From an uncultured Ruminococcus sp. (GTDB taxonomy: Bacteria > Bacillota > Clostridia > Oscillospirales > CAG-382), in the NCBI GenBank assembly GCA_964571635.1, contig CAZNCN010000005.1, positions 15,788 through 79,787 of the forward strand: a DNA stretch of 64,000 bases. Direction: 5' to 3'. Within the stretch, counting starts at the first letter, position 1; each line of letters begins with the position of its first letter. The notes under the pieces are model-generated. The model was given only the letters and a program-made list of their open reading frames with translations, was not told the DNA's origin and did not search any database. The translations under genes were made by a program, and so were the position numbers. Positions 51,674 through 60,671 of the stretch are shown here, piece by piece.

Positions 51674-52780
51674 ATGACGTATATCGAATTTTTTGAAAAA
51701 ACCTCAATCGAAAATATGTGTGCATGCCTTGCATCTCCGCCCGAGCGTGTCGTGCTGATCGGAGTCGATCGAGAATTGATGAGCAGATTTGCAGAACGCT
51801 ATATCTCGGTTTTGAAAGCACGAAAGGCAAAAACGCAGTTTGAAATTATTTTGCTTTCAGGGTACAACCTTGCTTCTGCGGTTGAAACGATAAAAGTTGT
51901 CGCCGACAAATATCCCGATGCTGTCTTTGACGTCACGGGCGGCGACGATATTATGCTGATGGCACTCGGCAGGGTTATTGCCGAACGCAGCGACATCAAG
52001 GTGCACAGGTTCGACATAAGAGGACGTGAGGTGAATGACATCGACGGCGACGGCTTGCTGCAGGTTAATGCTTTCCCTCGTATCACGGTTGCCGAAAATA
52101 TCGCACTTTACGGCGGCAGAGTGATGCGTGACAGTGCTATCCTGCCCGAGGCGGACAAAGAGTATACCAAAGACCTGCAAAACCTCTGGCGTGTCTGCAA
52201 GCTTGATCCGCATCTCTTCAACACTGCATCTGCGGCTGTTATAAGAGGTAAAAAGCATAGCACCGACACACAAAGGCTGATAGAGCTGCTTGGGCGTTAT
52301 GGCTTGGTCACAAGGCAGGAGGACGGCAAATGCGTGCCCAAAAACGATTATGTCAGGCAGTGCCTTTTAAAATCGGGAACGGTGCTCGAGCATATCGTTT
52401 ATTCGGCTGCCAAAAAGAGCAAGGCGTTTGATGACGTACGCACAGGCGTCATTATAGATTGGGACGGCGCATACAGCAATTCACGCCGTGGTGAAGTCGA
52501 AAACGAGATCGACGTGCTGATGACCAAAGGCGCAAGGCCTTATTATATTTCATGCAAGAACGGCAATATTCACATGGAAGAGCTTTATAAGCTCAATACC
52601 GTCGCAGAGCGTTTTGGCGACAGATATTCTGTCAAGGCACTGTTTGCCGCAGATTTCGACACCGACACTGCATACGGCCGTTGCTTTAAAATGCGTGCCG
52701 AGGACCTTGGCGTAAGGCTTTACGCCAATGTTTGCCATATGACAAAAGAAGCACTCGTGTCGGTGCTCAGAACGCTTTAA
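51674..52780 (+). CDS. Card1/Can2-like protein: CARF-like N-terminal domain + DUF1887-type PD-(D/E)xK nuclease domain
   Basis: 368 aa with an AGAGGA RBS. The Rossmann-like N-terminus has VVLIGVD and the CARF-type motif FDVTGGDDIMLMALG. The C-terminal nuclease motifs are GTVLEHIVY, IIDWD, ENEIDVL and YYISCKNG. Confidence 0.6.
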   Translation: MTYIEFFEKTSIENMCACLASPPERVVLIGVDRELMSRFAERYISVLKARKAKTQFEIILLSGYNLASAVETIKVVADKYPDAVFDVTGGDDIMLMALGRVIAERSDIKVHRFDIRGREVNDIDGDGLLQVNAFPRITVAENIALYGGRVMRDSAILPEADKEYTKDLQNLWRVCKLDPHLFNTASAAVIRGKKHSTDTQRLIELLGRYGLVTRQEDGKCVPKNDYVRQCLLKSGTVLEHIVYSAAKKSKAFDDVRTGVIIDWDGAYSNSRRGEVENEIDVLMTKGARPYYISCKNGNIHMEELYKLNTVAERFGDRYSVKALFAADFDTDTAYGRCFKMRAEDLGVRLYANVCHMTKEALVSVLRTL

Positions 52781-52795
52781 AAATGCAATAGATAC

Positions 52796-52837
52796 AAAAA
52801 AACTCGGCTGTTCAGGTGAGGGACAGCCGAGTTTTTA
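52796..52837. terminator. Bidirectional terminator between convergent genes
   Basis: aaaaaaactcggctgt-(11 nt)-acagccgagttttt. Confidence 0.75.
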
Positions 52838-52845
52838 ATTAATAA

Positions 52846-53196
52846 TTATCTGTATATAATCGAGCACTGCGCTATCGAGCAGCCGACTATGGCAAAATGC
52901 ATTATCAGCACCACCCACATAATGGGCGATTCGAGGCTCGCCAAAGTTTCGCCAGAGAGCGCTATATAGTTGCGCGCCACCATCAGCCAAAGCTCGACCA
53001 AAAACATGGGCGCTGAAACACATACTGCCGCTATCGAGCATCCGTTGCAGGATGCCGAAATCAAAAGCAGAGCCGATGCGATTATCGCAAGCACGACCTG
53101 TCCCGTGACGAACGGCGTCATGCCGAGCGGTATGACTATGATAAGCATTGCGGCCGAAATGACAGCCGAAATTATCGGTGCTATTAATTTTTTCAT
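52846..53196 (-). CDS. Small Cys-containing integral membrane protein (hypothetical)
   Basis: 116 aa with an AAGGAGG RBS. It has three to four hydrophobic helices and a repeated GCSIA motif (NGCSIAAVC and VGCSIAQCS). Confidence 0.55.
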   Translation of the reverse strand: MKKLIAPIISAVISAAMLIIVIPLGMTPFVTGQVVLAIIASALLLISASCNGCSIAAVCVSAPMFLVELWLMVARNYIALSGETLASLESPIMWVVLIMHFAIVGCSIAQCSIIYR

Positions 53197-53228
53197 GCTT
53201 TGACCTCCTTTTTTGATGGTGCTAATGC

Positions 53229-53286
53229 AAAAGCAGGGTAACGGCGCATGCTTTCCTGTTTCAGCCGGCCTAAGTCCCTGCTTTTG
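53229..53286. repeat. Hairpin repeat copy B, which also serves as the pnp terminator
   Basis: The outer stem is aagcaggg / ccctgctt, followed by ttg on both strands. The core is related to copy A. Confidence 0.5.
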
Positions 53287-53294
53287 ATATGCTG

Positions 53295-55397
53295 TTAGTC
53301 GTCGATTATATTGAGTGCATCCTTGCGCGAAAGGTTGATGCGTCCCTTTTCATCGATCTCGGTGACAACGACCTTGACCTCGTCGCCGATGTTGACGACA
53401 TCCTCGACCTTGCCGACACGCTTGGTATCGAGCTGCGAGATGTGCACAAGACCCTCTTTGCCCGGTGCGATCTCGACGAACGCGCCGAAGTTGAGAATGC
53501 GTGTGACCTTGCCGATAAACACCTGACCGGGTTCGGGATCGTTGACGATGGCTTCGATGATCTTGCGAGCCTTATAGCCTGACTCACGGTCGACTGCGGC
53601 AATAAATACGCTGCCGTCGTCCTCGATGTCGATCTTGGCACCGGTGTCGGCACAGATCTTCTGAATGACCTTGCCGCCCGAGCCGATAACTTCTCTGATC
53701 TTGTCGGGGTCGATGGTGATGGTGATCATCTTGGGCGCATATTTAGAAACATCTGCGCGAGGCTCTGCAATGACAGGAGCGATTATCTCGTCAAGTATAT
53801 AATTGCGTGCCTCGTGGGTTGTCTTTAAAGCGTTCTTGATAATTGCGGGGGTAAGACCGTCGATCTTGAGGTCCATCTGAATTGCGGTGATGCCTTTTTT
53901 GGTGCCTGCGACCTTGAAGTCCATGTCACCAAAGAAGTCCTCGAGACCCTGAATGTCTATCATAGTCATCCAGTTCTCGCCCTCGGTGATAAGACCGCAG
54001 GAGATGCCTGCAACAGGTGCGGAAATGGGCACGCCTGCATCCATCAATGCGAGCGTTGAGCCGCAGACAGAAGCCTGGCTGGTCGAGCCGTTTGAAGAAA
54101 CGACCTCAGAAACGCAGCGGATGGCATAGGGGAACTCTTCGACAGAAGGCAAAACGGGCAACAGAGCACGCTCTGCGAGTGCGCCGTGGCCTATCTCACG
54201 TCTGCCGGGCGAGCGTGCAGCTCTTGCCTCACCGACAGAGTATGAAGGCATATTGTAGTGGTGCATATAGCGCTTTGTATCCTGCTCATCTATGCCGTCA
54301 AGCATCTGTGCTTCGCTGACGGGAGCAAGAGTGGTGGTGGTGAGCACCTGAGTCTGACCTCTGGTGAACATACCCGAGCCGTGGGTTCTGGGCAAAAGTC
54401 CGACCTCGGCGTTGAGCGGACGCATTTGATCCATGCGTCTGCCGTCAACACGGCGCTGCTCGGTGAGCAGCCAGTGGCGAACGATCTTCTTTTGCAGCTT
54501 GTACATGCATTCGTCGATCATTGCGATGTTGTCGGCATATTCTTCGTCAAACGCCTCGTGAACCCTGGCGTATATAGGCTGCAATGCGGCGTCACGAACC
54601 TTCTTGTCGTCGGTATCGAGTGCTGCCATAACGTCCTCGCGAACCATTGCCTCGATCTTGTCGAAAAGATCGTGGTCGATCTCGCAGGAGGGATAATCAA
54701 ACTTGGGCTTGCCGATGGCTGCCTGAATGTCGCTGATAAAGCGGCAGAGGGGCTTGATGACCTCATGAGCCTTCATGATGGCTTCGTACATGGTGTCGTC
54801 ATCGACTTCTTTTGCGCCTGCCTCGATCATGACGACCTTGGCTTCGCTGCCTGCAACGGTCAATTCGAGATCGCTTCTTTCACGCTGTTCGGCGGTGGGG
54901 TTGACGACTATGCGGCCGTCAACAAGACCCATGAATACACCTGCGATAGGTCCGTTCCAGGGAATATCTGAAATAGTAAGTGCGATCGATGCGCCTATCA
55001 TTGCGGCGATCTCGGGCGAGCAATCGGGGTCGACAGACATGACGGTCAGCGACAGAACGATGTCGTTGCGGAGATCCTTGGGGAAGAGCGGGCGTATAGG
55101 ACGGTCGATAACGCGCGATGCGAGTATCGCCTTTTCACCGGGGCGACCCTCACGGCGGTTCCAGCTGCCGGGGATCTTGCCTGCGGCGTATAATTTCTCT
55201 TCGAAATCAACAGAAAGCGGCAAAAAGTCAATGCCATCTCTGGGTGCGGCAGATGCGGTTGCACAGCACAGAACAGCGGTCTCGCCATAGCGGACGAGGC
55301 ACGAGCCGTTTGCAAGCTGAGCCATCTTGCCGGTTTCGATGATCAGCGGTCTGCCCGCAAGATCATACTTGAATTCACGGTAATTCTTGAAAAACAC
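53295..55397 (-). CDS. pnp: Polyribonucleotide nucleotidyltransferase (PNPase)
   Basis: 700 aa with a GTG start after AAAGGAG. It has two RNase PH domains, a KH domain and an S1 domain (GKVTRILNFGAFVEI). Confidence 0.95.
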   Translation of the reverse strand: MFFKNYREFKYDLAGRPLIIETGKMAQLANGSCLVRYGETAVLCCATASAAPRDGIDFLPLSVDFEEKLYAAGKIPGSWNRREGRPGEKAILASRVIDRPIRPLFPKDLRNDIVLSLTVMSVDPDCSPEIAAMIGASIALTISDIPWNGPIAGVFMGLVDGRIVVNPTAEQRERSDLELTVAGSEAKVVMIEAGAKEVDDDTMYEAIMKAHEVIKPLCRFISDIQAAIGKPKFDYPSCEIDHDLFDKIEAMVREDVMAALDTDDKKVRDAALQPIYARVHEAFDEEYADNIAMIDECMYKLQKKIVRHWLLTEQRRVDGRRMDQMRPLNAEVGLLPRTHGSGMFTRGQTQVLTTTTLAPVSEAQMLDGIDEQDTKRYMHHYNMPSYSVGEARAARSPGRREIGHGALAERALLPVLPSVEEFPYAIRCVSEVVSSNGSTSQASVCGSTLALMDAGVPISAPVAGISCGLITEGENWMTMIDIQGLEDFFGDMDFKVAGTKKGITAIQMDLKIDGLTPAIIKNALKTTHEARNYILDEIIAPVIAEPRADVSKYAPKMITITIDPDKIREVIGSGGKVIQKICADTGAKIDIEDDGSVFIAAVDRESGYKARKIIEAIVNDPEPGQVFIGKVTRILNFGAFVEIAPGKEGLVHISQLDTKRVGKVEDVVNIGDEVKVVVTEIDEKGRINLSRKDALNIIDD

Positions 55398-55514
55398 TTG
55401 TGTTACTCCTTTGATTAATTTTTTAGGTTACGGAGCACGGCAAGTTTAACACTTAAATACAGCCCCGAAGCAGTTTCGGAGATATATTTAACTGCTAAAC
55501 CCACCGTTTCCGTT

Positions 55515-55543
55515 AAGGCGTGGAGGGGTTGCCTCCACGCCTT
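55515..55543 (-). promoter_or_regulatory. Stable 12-bp hairpin in the rpsO-pnp intergenic region (processing or attenuation site)
   Basis: aaggcgtggagg / cctccacgcctt with a 5-nt loop and no U-tract. By analogy with the RNase III-processed pnp leader of other bacteria. Confidence 0.4.
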
Positions 55544-55555
55544 GCGCGTACGGAA

Positions 55556-55822
55556 TTACTTTCTCAGGCCGAGACGCTCGACGATAGATCTGTATCTGGT
55601 GATGTCGACGTTCATAAGATAGTTGAGGAACTTCTTACGCTTGCCGACCATCTGCTGCAGACCTCTGCGCGAATGATTGTCATTCTTGTTGACCTTGAGA
55701 TGCTCGGTGAGGTCTTTGATGCGATAGGTGAGTATCGCGATCTGAACCTCGGGCGAGCCGGTGTCGCCCTCGCAGATTGCATAATCTTTGATGAGCTGAG
55801 CCTTGGTTTCTTTGCTGAGCAT
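55556..55822 (-). CDS. rpsO: 30S ribosomal protein S15
   Basis: [14 protein letters not shown]...[11 protein letters not shown]...[15 protein letters not shown]. The ATG at 55822 is preferred over the GTG at 55834 on RBS spacing. Confidence 0.9.
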   Translation of the reverse strand: MLSKETKAQLIKDYAICEGDTGSPEVQIAILTYRIKDLTEHLKVNKNDNHSRRGLQQMVGKRKKFLNYLMNVDITRYRSIVERLGLRK

Positions 55823-55950
55823 GGTTTTTGTCACCTTTCTTGATATTTTCGCGCTAAGACGAGGCTGTGGGCGGATGATGCCGGGCTGAAAATGATACCC
55901 GCGTGTATCCCACTGCTGCGCCTTGCTGCGGATTGCATTTCTGCAAACAT
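55823..55950 (-). promoter_or_regulatory. rpsO 5' leader of ~125 nt (candidate S15 autoregulatory leader)
   Basis: A long structured leader lies between the promoter (55955-55983) and the RBS. It contains helices such as gatac/gtatc and tgcag..ctgca-type pairings. S15 leaders are known autoregulatory elements, but the fold here was not verified. Confidence 0.3.
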
Positions 55951-55954
55951 AAGC

Positions 55955-55983
55955 ATTATAACACCGCTTTTATTTTTTGTAAA
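55955..55983 (-). promoter_or_regulatory. sigA-type promoter for rpsO-pnp
   Basis: On the minus strand: TTTACA, a 17-nt spacer, then TATAAT. Confidence 0.45.
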
Positions 55984-56037
55984 GGGGTAAAAGACAAAAA
56001 ATCACATTAAAGTTGCTCGCCTTGCCAAAAACCGCTA

Positions 56038-56066
56038 TTGACCTATTCGGCTTTGCGGTGTATAAT
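56038..56066 (+). promoter_or_regulatory. sigA-type promoter for the glg operon
   Basis: TTGACC (56038-56043), a 17-nt spacer, then TATAAT (56061-56066). Confidence 0.5.
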
Positions 56067-56133
56067 GTATTTGTAATAAACTATCAGTCTGTTATCAGTC
56101 TAAGGTGATTCGCCTGACACAATGAGGTGCTCT

Positions 56134-58050
56134 ATGCTGCTTTGCGACAATCAACGTGAATATTTCTTTGGGCAGGGTCTTGAATACGACTGTGCCGATT
56201 ATTTCGGTGCACACCGTGACGGCGACAGCTTTATATTCAGAGTCTGGGCGCCTAATGCCGACTCGGTCAGGCTCGTCGGAGATTTTAACTATTGGCAGGA
56301 CGGCGTCAGTATGCAAAAGAGCGACTGCGGCGTCTGGTCATGCAGATTGCAGAGCGCATCGTTTCGCATAGGCTCGAGGTACAAATACCTCGTGACACGC
56401 AACGGCAGGTCGGTCTTTAAGGCAGATCCATATGCGTTTTATTCCGAATGCCGTGAGCACACCGCATCAAGGTTTTATGACATCGATTTGTTCGAGTGGA
56501 CTGACAGTGATTTTATCGATTTGCAAAAGGACAACCGCATATATTTCAAGGACGACAGGGCAGTGCCCAAGCCGATGAACATATACGAGCTTCACGCAGG
56601 CTCCTGGCGCAGACACAGAGACGGCTCTGAATATTCATGGTCTGAGCTTGCCGACGAATTGGCTGTTTATTTGCCCGAAATGGGCTATACGCACCTCGAG
56701 CTCATGCCGATAACAGAATATCCGTTTGACGGCAGCTGGGGCTATCAGGTCACGGGCTATTTTGCTCCGACCTCGAGGTACGGCGAGCCAAAGGAATTTG
56801 CAAAATTCATCGACAAGATGCACTCTGTCGGCATAGCGGTATTCCTCGACTGGGTGCCTGCACATTTCACCAAGGATGAGCACGGACTTTATGAGTTCGA
56901 CGGCGGGCCCTTGTATGAATATCAGGGCAAGGACAGGCAGGAGAACCGCGGCTGGGGCACGAGATGCTTTGACCTCGGACGCAGCGAGGTGCGCAGCTTT
57001 TTGATCTCGTCTGCACTTTTTTGGCTGCAAAAATATCATATCGACGGCTTGCGTGTCGACGCCGTCGCTTCGATGCTTTATCTCGACTATGGCAGGCAGC
57101 CGGGCGAATGGAATCCAAACCCCGACGGCACAAACATAAATTATGACGCAGTCGACTTTTTCAGAATGCTTTCACACGCAGTGCACGAGCGCTGCCCCGA
57201 TGCTTATCTCATCGCCGAAGAGTCGACAGCCTATCCCGATGTGACCAAGCGCCACGGGCTCGGCTTTAACCTCAAGTGGAACATGGGCTGGATGAACGAC
57301 ACTCTTGCCTATATTCAGTCAGACCCTTATTTCAGATCCGGCTGTCACCACAATATGACTTTCGCAATGTCGTACGCCTTCAGCGAGAATTATCTTTTGC
57401 CGCTCAGTCACGACGAGGTAGTACACGGCAAAAAGAGCCTGCTTGACAAATGCAGCGGCGATTACAGCGGCAAGTTTGATACTTTGCGCACATACATGAC
57501 CTATATGATGACGCATTCGGGCAAAAAGCTGTTGTTCATGGGCTGCGAGTTTGCACCGTTCTCTGAATGGAACGAAAACATAGCGCTCGAGTGGTTTATG
57601 CTCGGCTATGACAGACATTACAAATTCCGCGAGTTTATCAAGACGCTCAACCATTTTTATATCGACCACAAGGAGCTGTGGGAGATCGATGGCTCGTGGG
57701 AGGGCTTTGAGTGGATATACGCAGATCGCACGAGCGACAACGTTTATGCCTACAAGCGCAAGTCGTTTGACGGCAGCGAGCTGATAATCGTGCTCAATTT
57801 CTCTGCAAAGAGCTATAAGGGTTATGGCATTCCCGTCGCAGGTAAGGGCAGATATCGCATATTGCTCAGCACCGACGATGCGTGCTTCGGCGGCTCGTTT
57901 AGCGGCGAACGCAAGGATCTGAGGGCAAAAGAGACAGATAACGGCTGGTTTATTCAGCCCGACCTGCCAAAGCTCTCGGGGCAGATTCTTAAATATTGCC
58001 CGCCCGGGAGAGGGCCGTCAAAAAGCAAAAAACCAAAAAACCTAAACTAA
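56134..58050 (+). CDS. glgB: 1,4-alpha-glucan branching enzyme
   Basis: About 638 aa. The CBM48 N-terminus contains FRVWAPNA. The GH13 motifs are DWVPAHF, GLRVDAVASM, IAEEST and SHDEV. The ORF is open from 56122, but the ATG at 56134 has better RBS spacing. Confidence 0.9.
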   Translation: MLLCDNQREYFFGQGLEYDCADYFGAHRDGDSFIFRVWAPNADSVRLVGDFNYWQDGVSMQKSDCGVWSCRLQSASFRIGSRYKYLVTRNGRSVFKADPYAFYSECREHTASRFYDIDLFEWTDSDFIDLQKDNRIYFKDDRAVPKPMNIYELHAGSWRRHRDGSEYSWSELADELAVYLPEMGYTHLELMPITEYPFDGSWGYQVTGYFAPTSRYGEPKEFAKFIDKMHSVGIAVFLDWVPAHFTKDEHGLYEFDGGPLYEYQGKDRQENRGWGTRCFDLGRSEVRSFLISSALFWLQKYHIDGLRVDAVASMLYLDYGRQPGEWNPNPDGTNINYDAVDFFRMLSHAVHERCPDAYLIAEESTAYPDVTKRHGLGFNLKWNMGWMNDTLAYIQSDPYFRSGCHHNMTFAMSYAFSENYLLPLSHDEVVHGKKSLLDKCSGDYSGKFDTLRTYMTYMMTHSGKKLLFMGCEFAPFSEWNENIALEWFMLGYDRHYKFREFIKTLNHFYIDHKELWEIDGSWEGFEWIYADRTSDNVYAYKRKSFDGSELIIVLNFSAKSYKGYGIPVAGKGRYRILLSTDDACFGGSFSGERKDLRAKETDNGWFIQPDLPKLSGQILKYCPPGRGPSKSKKPKNLN

Positions 58051-58082
58051 AGCATAAAATAAAAAAATAAAGGAGCAAGCTT

Positions 58083-59294
58083 ATGGCAAAGAACAAAGAG
58101 ACCGTTGCAATGCTGCTTGCGGGCGGACAGGGCAGCAGACTCAGGCTGCTTACCGAACGCATGGCAAAGCCTGCGGTTCCGTTCGGCGGCAAATATCGCA
58201 TCATCGACTTTCCGCTATCCAACTGCATCAACTCCGGCATTGACACCGTTGGCGTGCTGACACAATATCAGCCGCTGGTGCTCAACGAATACATCGGCAA
58301 CGGTCAACCGTGGGATCTCGACCGCAACTGGGGAGGCGCTATGTGCCTGCCACCCTATCAGGCGAGCAAAAAAGCCGATTGGTATAAGGGCACTGCCAAC
58401 GCTATCTATCAAAACATTAACTTTATCGAGCGCTATAATTGCGAATACGTGCTCGTGCTTTCGGGCGATCACATTTATAAGATGGACTATTCGGCAATGA
58501 TAGACTATCACGCATCGCACGGAGCAGACTGCACTATCGCCGTTTTTGACGTGCCGCTTGCCGAGGCGTCGAGGTTCGGCATCATGAATGTCAACGACGA
58601 TATGTCTGTCTATGAATTCGAAGAAAAACCAAAAGCACCCAAATCGACGCTCGCCTCTATGGGTGTATATGTTTTTGGCGCAAAAAAGCTGTTTGAATAT
58701 CTGCGTGCCGATGAGGCAGACGAAACGAGCGAGAATGACTTTGGCAAAAACATCATTCCTCGTATGCTTTCGGCAGGCGAAAAACTGTTTGCATATCGTT
58801 TTGACGGGTATTGGAAGGACGTCGGCACTATCGCTTCGCTCTGGGAAGCAAATATGGATCTGCTCGGCGAGCGTCCGAAGCTATCGGTCAACGACCGCTC
58901 GTGGCGCATACTTTCGCGCAACAGGGCTTTGCCGCCTCATTTCGTAGGCTCTAACGCCGTCATTCAAAATTCAATAGTCAGCGAGGGCTGCGAGATATAC
59001 GGCACTGTTATCAATTCTGTGCTTTCACCCGGCGTTGTCGTCTGTGCGGATGCTGTCGTCAGAGATAGTGTCATATTTGACGATGTAAGAGTCAAGGCAG
59101 GCGCGACAGTCGATTATTCGCTGCTTGACAGCGGCACGACAGTCGGCACGGGCGCTCATATCGGCAAGCCGATAAGCGAAGCCAAGGGCATAACGCTCGT
59201 CGGCAGCGGACTTGACATTCCCGACGGGCTCGAGGTCGCAGACGATCTTGTTTTCGGCGATGCAGAGCTTAAACAAATGACAGGCGGAATGTAA
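58083..59294 (+). CDS. glgC: Glucose-1-phosphate adenylyltransferase
   Basis: 403 aa. [20 protein letters not shown] and a left-handed beta-helix C-terminus are present. The stop codon is created by the tandem-duplication junction. Confidence 0.9.
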   Translation: MAKNKETVAMLLAGGQGSRLRLLTERMAKPAVPFGGKYRIIDFPLSNCINSGIDTVGVLTQYQPLVLNEYIGNGQPWDLDRNWGGAMCLPPYQASKKADWYKGTANAIYQNINFIERYNCEYVLVLSGDHIYKMDYSAMIDYHASHGADCTIAVFDVPLAEASRFGIMNVNDDMSVYEFEEKPKAPKSTLASMGVYVFGAKKLFEYLRADEADETSENDFGKNIIPRMLSAGEKLFAYRFDGYWKDVGTIASLWEANMDLLGERPKLSVNDRSWRILSRNRALPPHFVGSNAVIQNSIVSEGCEIYGTVINSVLSPGVVVCADAVVRDSVIFDDVRVKAGATVDYSLLDSGTTVGTGAHIGKPISEAKGITLVGSGLDIPDGLEVADDLVFGDAELKQMTGGM

Positions 59295-59494
59295 GAGTCA
59301 AGGCAGGCGCGACAGTCGATTATTCGCTGCTTGACAGCGGCACGACAGTCGGCACGGGCGCTCATATCGGCAAGCCGATAAGCGAAGCCAAGGGCATAAC
59401 GCTCGTCGGCAGCGGACTTGACATTCCCGACGGGCTCGAGGTCGCAGACGATCTTGTTTTCGGCGATGCAGAGCTTAAACAAATGACAGGCGGA
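59083..59494 (+). repeat. Perfect 2 x 206-bp tandem direct duplication of the glgC 3' end
   Basis: 59083-59288 is identical base for base to 59289-59494, read directly from the sequence. The two antisense ORFs 59025-59276 and 59156-59482 share a 65-aa identical N-terminus as a by-product. Confidence 0.95.
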
Positions 59495-59505
59495 GGTACG
59501 GCGAA

Positions 59506-60627
59506 ATGAGCGTTGTAGGCATTATATTCTCTAACATCCACGACCGCAATGTCAGCGAGCTGACCAGATTGCGCACGATGGCTTCTGTTCCGTTCGGCTG
59601 CAGATATAGGCTGATAGATTTCACTTTGTCAAATATGGTCAACTCGGGCATAACCCATGTCGGAGTCATCGCACACGCAAACTATCAGTCGCTCATGGAT
59701 CACATCGGCTCGGGCAAGGACTGGGATCTTGCACGCCGCAACGGCGGCATACAGATATTGCCCCCATATATAACCGCATTTGCAAATTACGGCAATGGAC
59801 TTTATACCAACCGCCTCGATGCGCTCAAGAATACACGCAACTTTTTGATGGGCTCACGCGAGGACTATGTCGTGCTCGCCGATTGTGATGTAATATGCAA
59901 TTTCCCGCTTGAGCGTATGATCGAAGAACATATTGCTTCGGGCGCTGATGCCACGCTTGCCGTCAAGCGCTGCTATTTCGGCGGCGGCAGCAAGACCAGC
60001 ATGGTCAGATCGGACGACAGCGGCAGGATAACCGATATACTCGACGTCATCGAGGGCAATGGCATGGGCGATGCTCACCTCAATATCTGGGTCATGCGCC
60101 GCAGATTCCTGCTCGACACGCTCAACGAAACCATCTCGCATTCGTATGAATCGTTCAACAAGGATTTTGTCTTGCGCAACATAAATAAATCCGATTTCAG
60201 AATATTCAGATTCGACGGCTATTTTGCTTCTATCGGCAGCATGTCCGATTATTATCAGTGCAATATGGATCTGCTCAACGCAGACACACGCGCAGCACTG
60301 TTCGGCGACAAAAACCGCCCCGTGCTCACCAAGGTGCGCAACAGCTCGCCGACGGTATACAGGGACGGCGCAAGCGTCAAGAACTCGCTGATAGCCGACG
60401 GCTGCGTCATTGAGGGCGTTGTCGAAAATTCGATACTCTTCCGTGGTGTCAAGGTCGGCAGAGGCACTGTTATCAGAAATTCTATTCTGATGCAGGACAC
60501 CTTCACAGGCAGCAATGTCAATCTCAACTGCGTGATAACCGACAAGAATGTCGTTATTCGTGACGGCAGAGTGCTGTCCGGCCACGAAACAAGACCGTTC
60601 TATATCGAAAAGGACGCACACGTCTGA
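59506..60627 (+). CDS. glgD: Glucose-1-phosphate adenylyltransferase regulatory subunit GlgD
   Basis: 373 aa. It is a paralogue of GlgC (PFGCRYRLIDF) that lacks the GGxGxRL motif. Its position matches the Bacillus-type glgBCDAP order. Confidence 0.85.
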   Translation: MSVVGIIFSNIHDRNVSELTRLRTMASVPFGCRYRLIDFTLSNMVNSGITHVGVIAHANYQSLMDHIGSGKDWDLARRNGGIQILPPYITAFANYGNGLYTNRLDALKNTRNFLMGSREDYVVLADCDVICNFPLERMIEEHIASGADATLAVKRCYFGGGSKTSMVRSDDSGRITDILDVIEGNGMGDAHLNIWVMRRRFLLDTLNETISHSYESFNKDFVLRNINKSDFRIFRFDGYFASIGSMSDYYQCNMDLLNADTRAALFGDKNRPVLTKVRNSSPTVYRDGASVKNSLIADGCVIEGVVENSILFRGVKVGRGTVIRNSILMQDTFTGSNVNLNCVITDKNVVIRDGRVLSGHETRPFYIEKDAHV

Positions 60628-60671
60628 CGCTTTATCCATTTTTTTCAGAAAGGAAAGCATTAGGAAAGCAT

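Noticed and set aside
27053-52780. The idea that the TIR protein and the Card1-like CARF nuclease form one signalling defence system.
   Set aside because: They lie about 24 kb apart on opposite strands. Housekeeping operons separate them: the hydrogenase, glucosidase, ABC importer and tyrS genes. CARF domains are known to bind cyclic oligoadenylates rather than TIR-derived ADPR isomers. Nothing in the sequence supports a link.
59025-59482. Two minus-strand ORFs (83 and 108 aa) share an identical 65-aa N-terminus, which at first looks like a duplicated small gene.
   Set aside because: The identity is a by-product of the 206-bp tandem duplication inside glgC, and the ORFs are antisense to glgC coding sequence.
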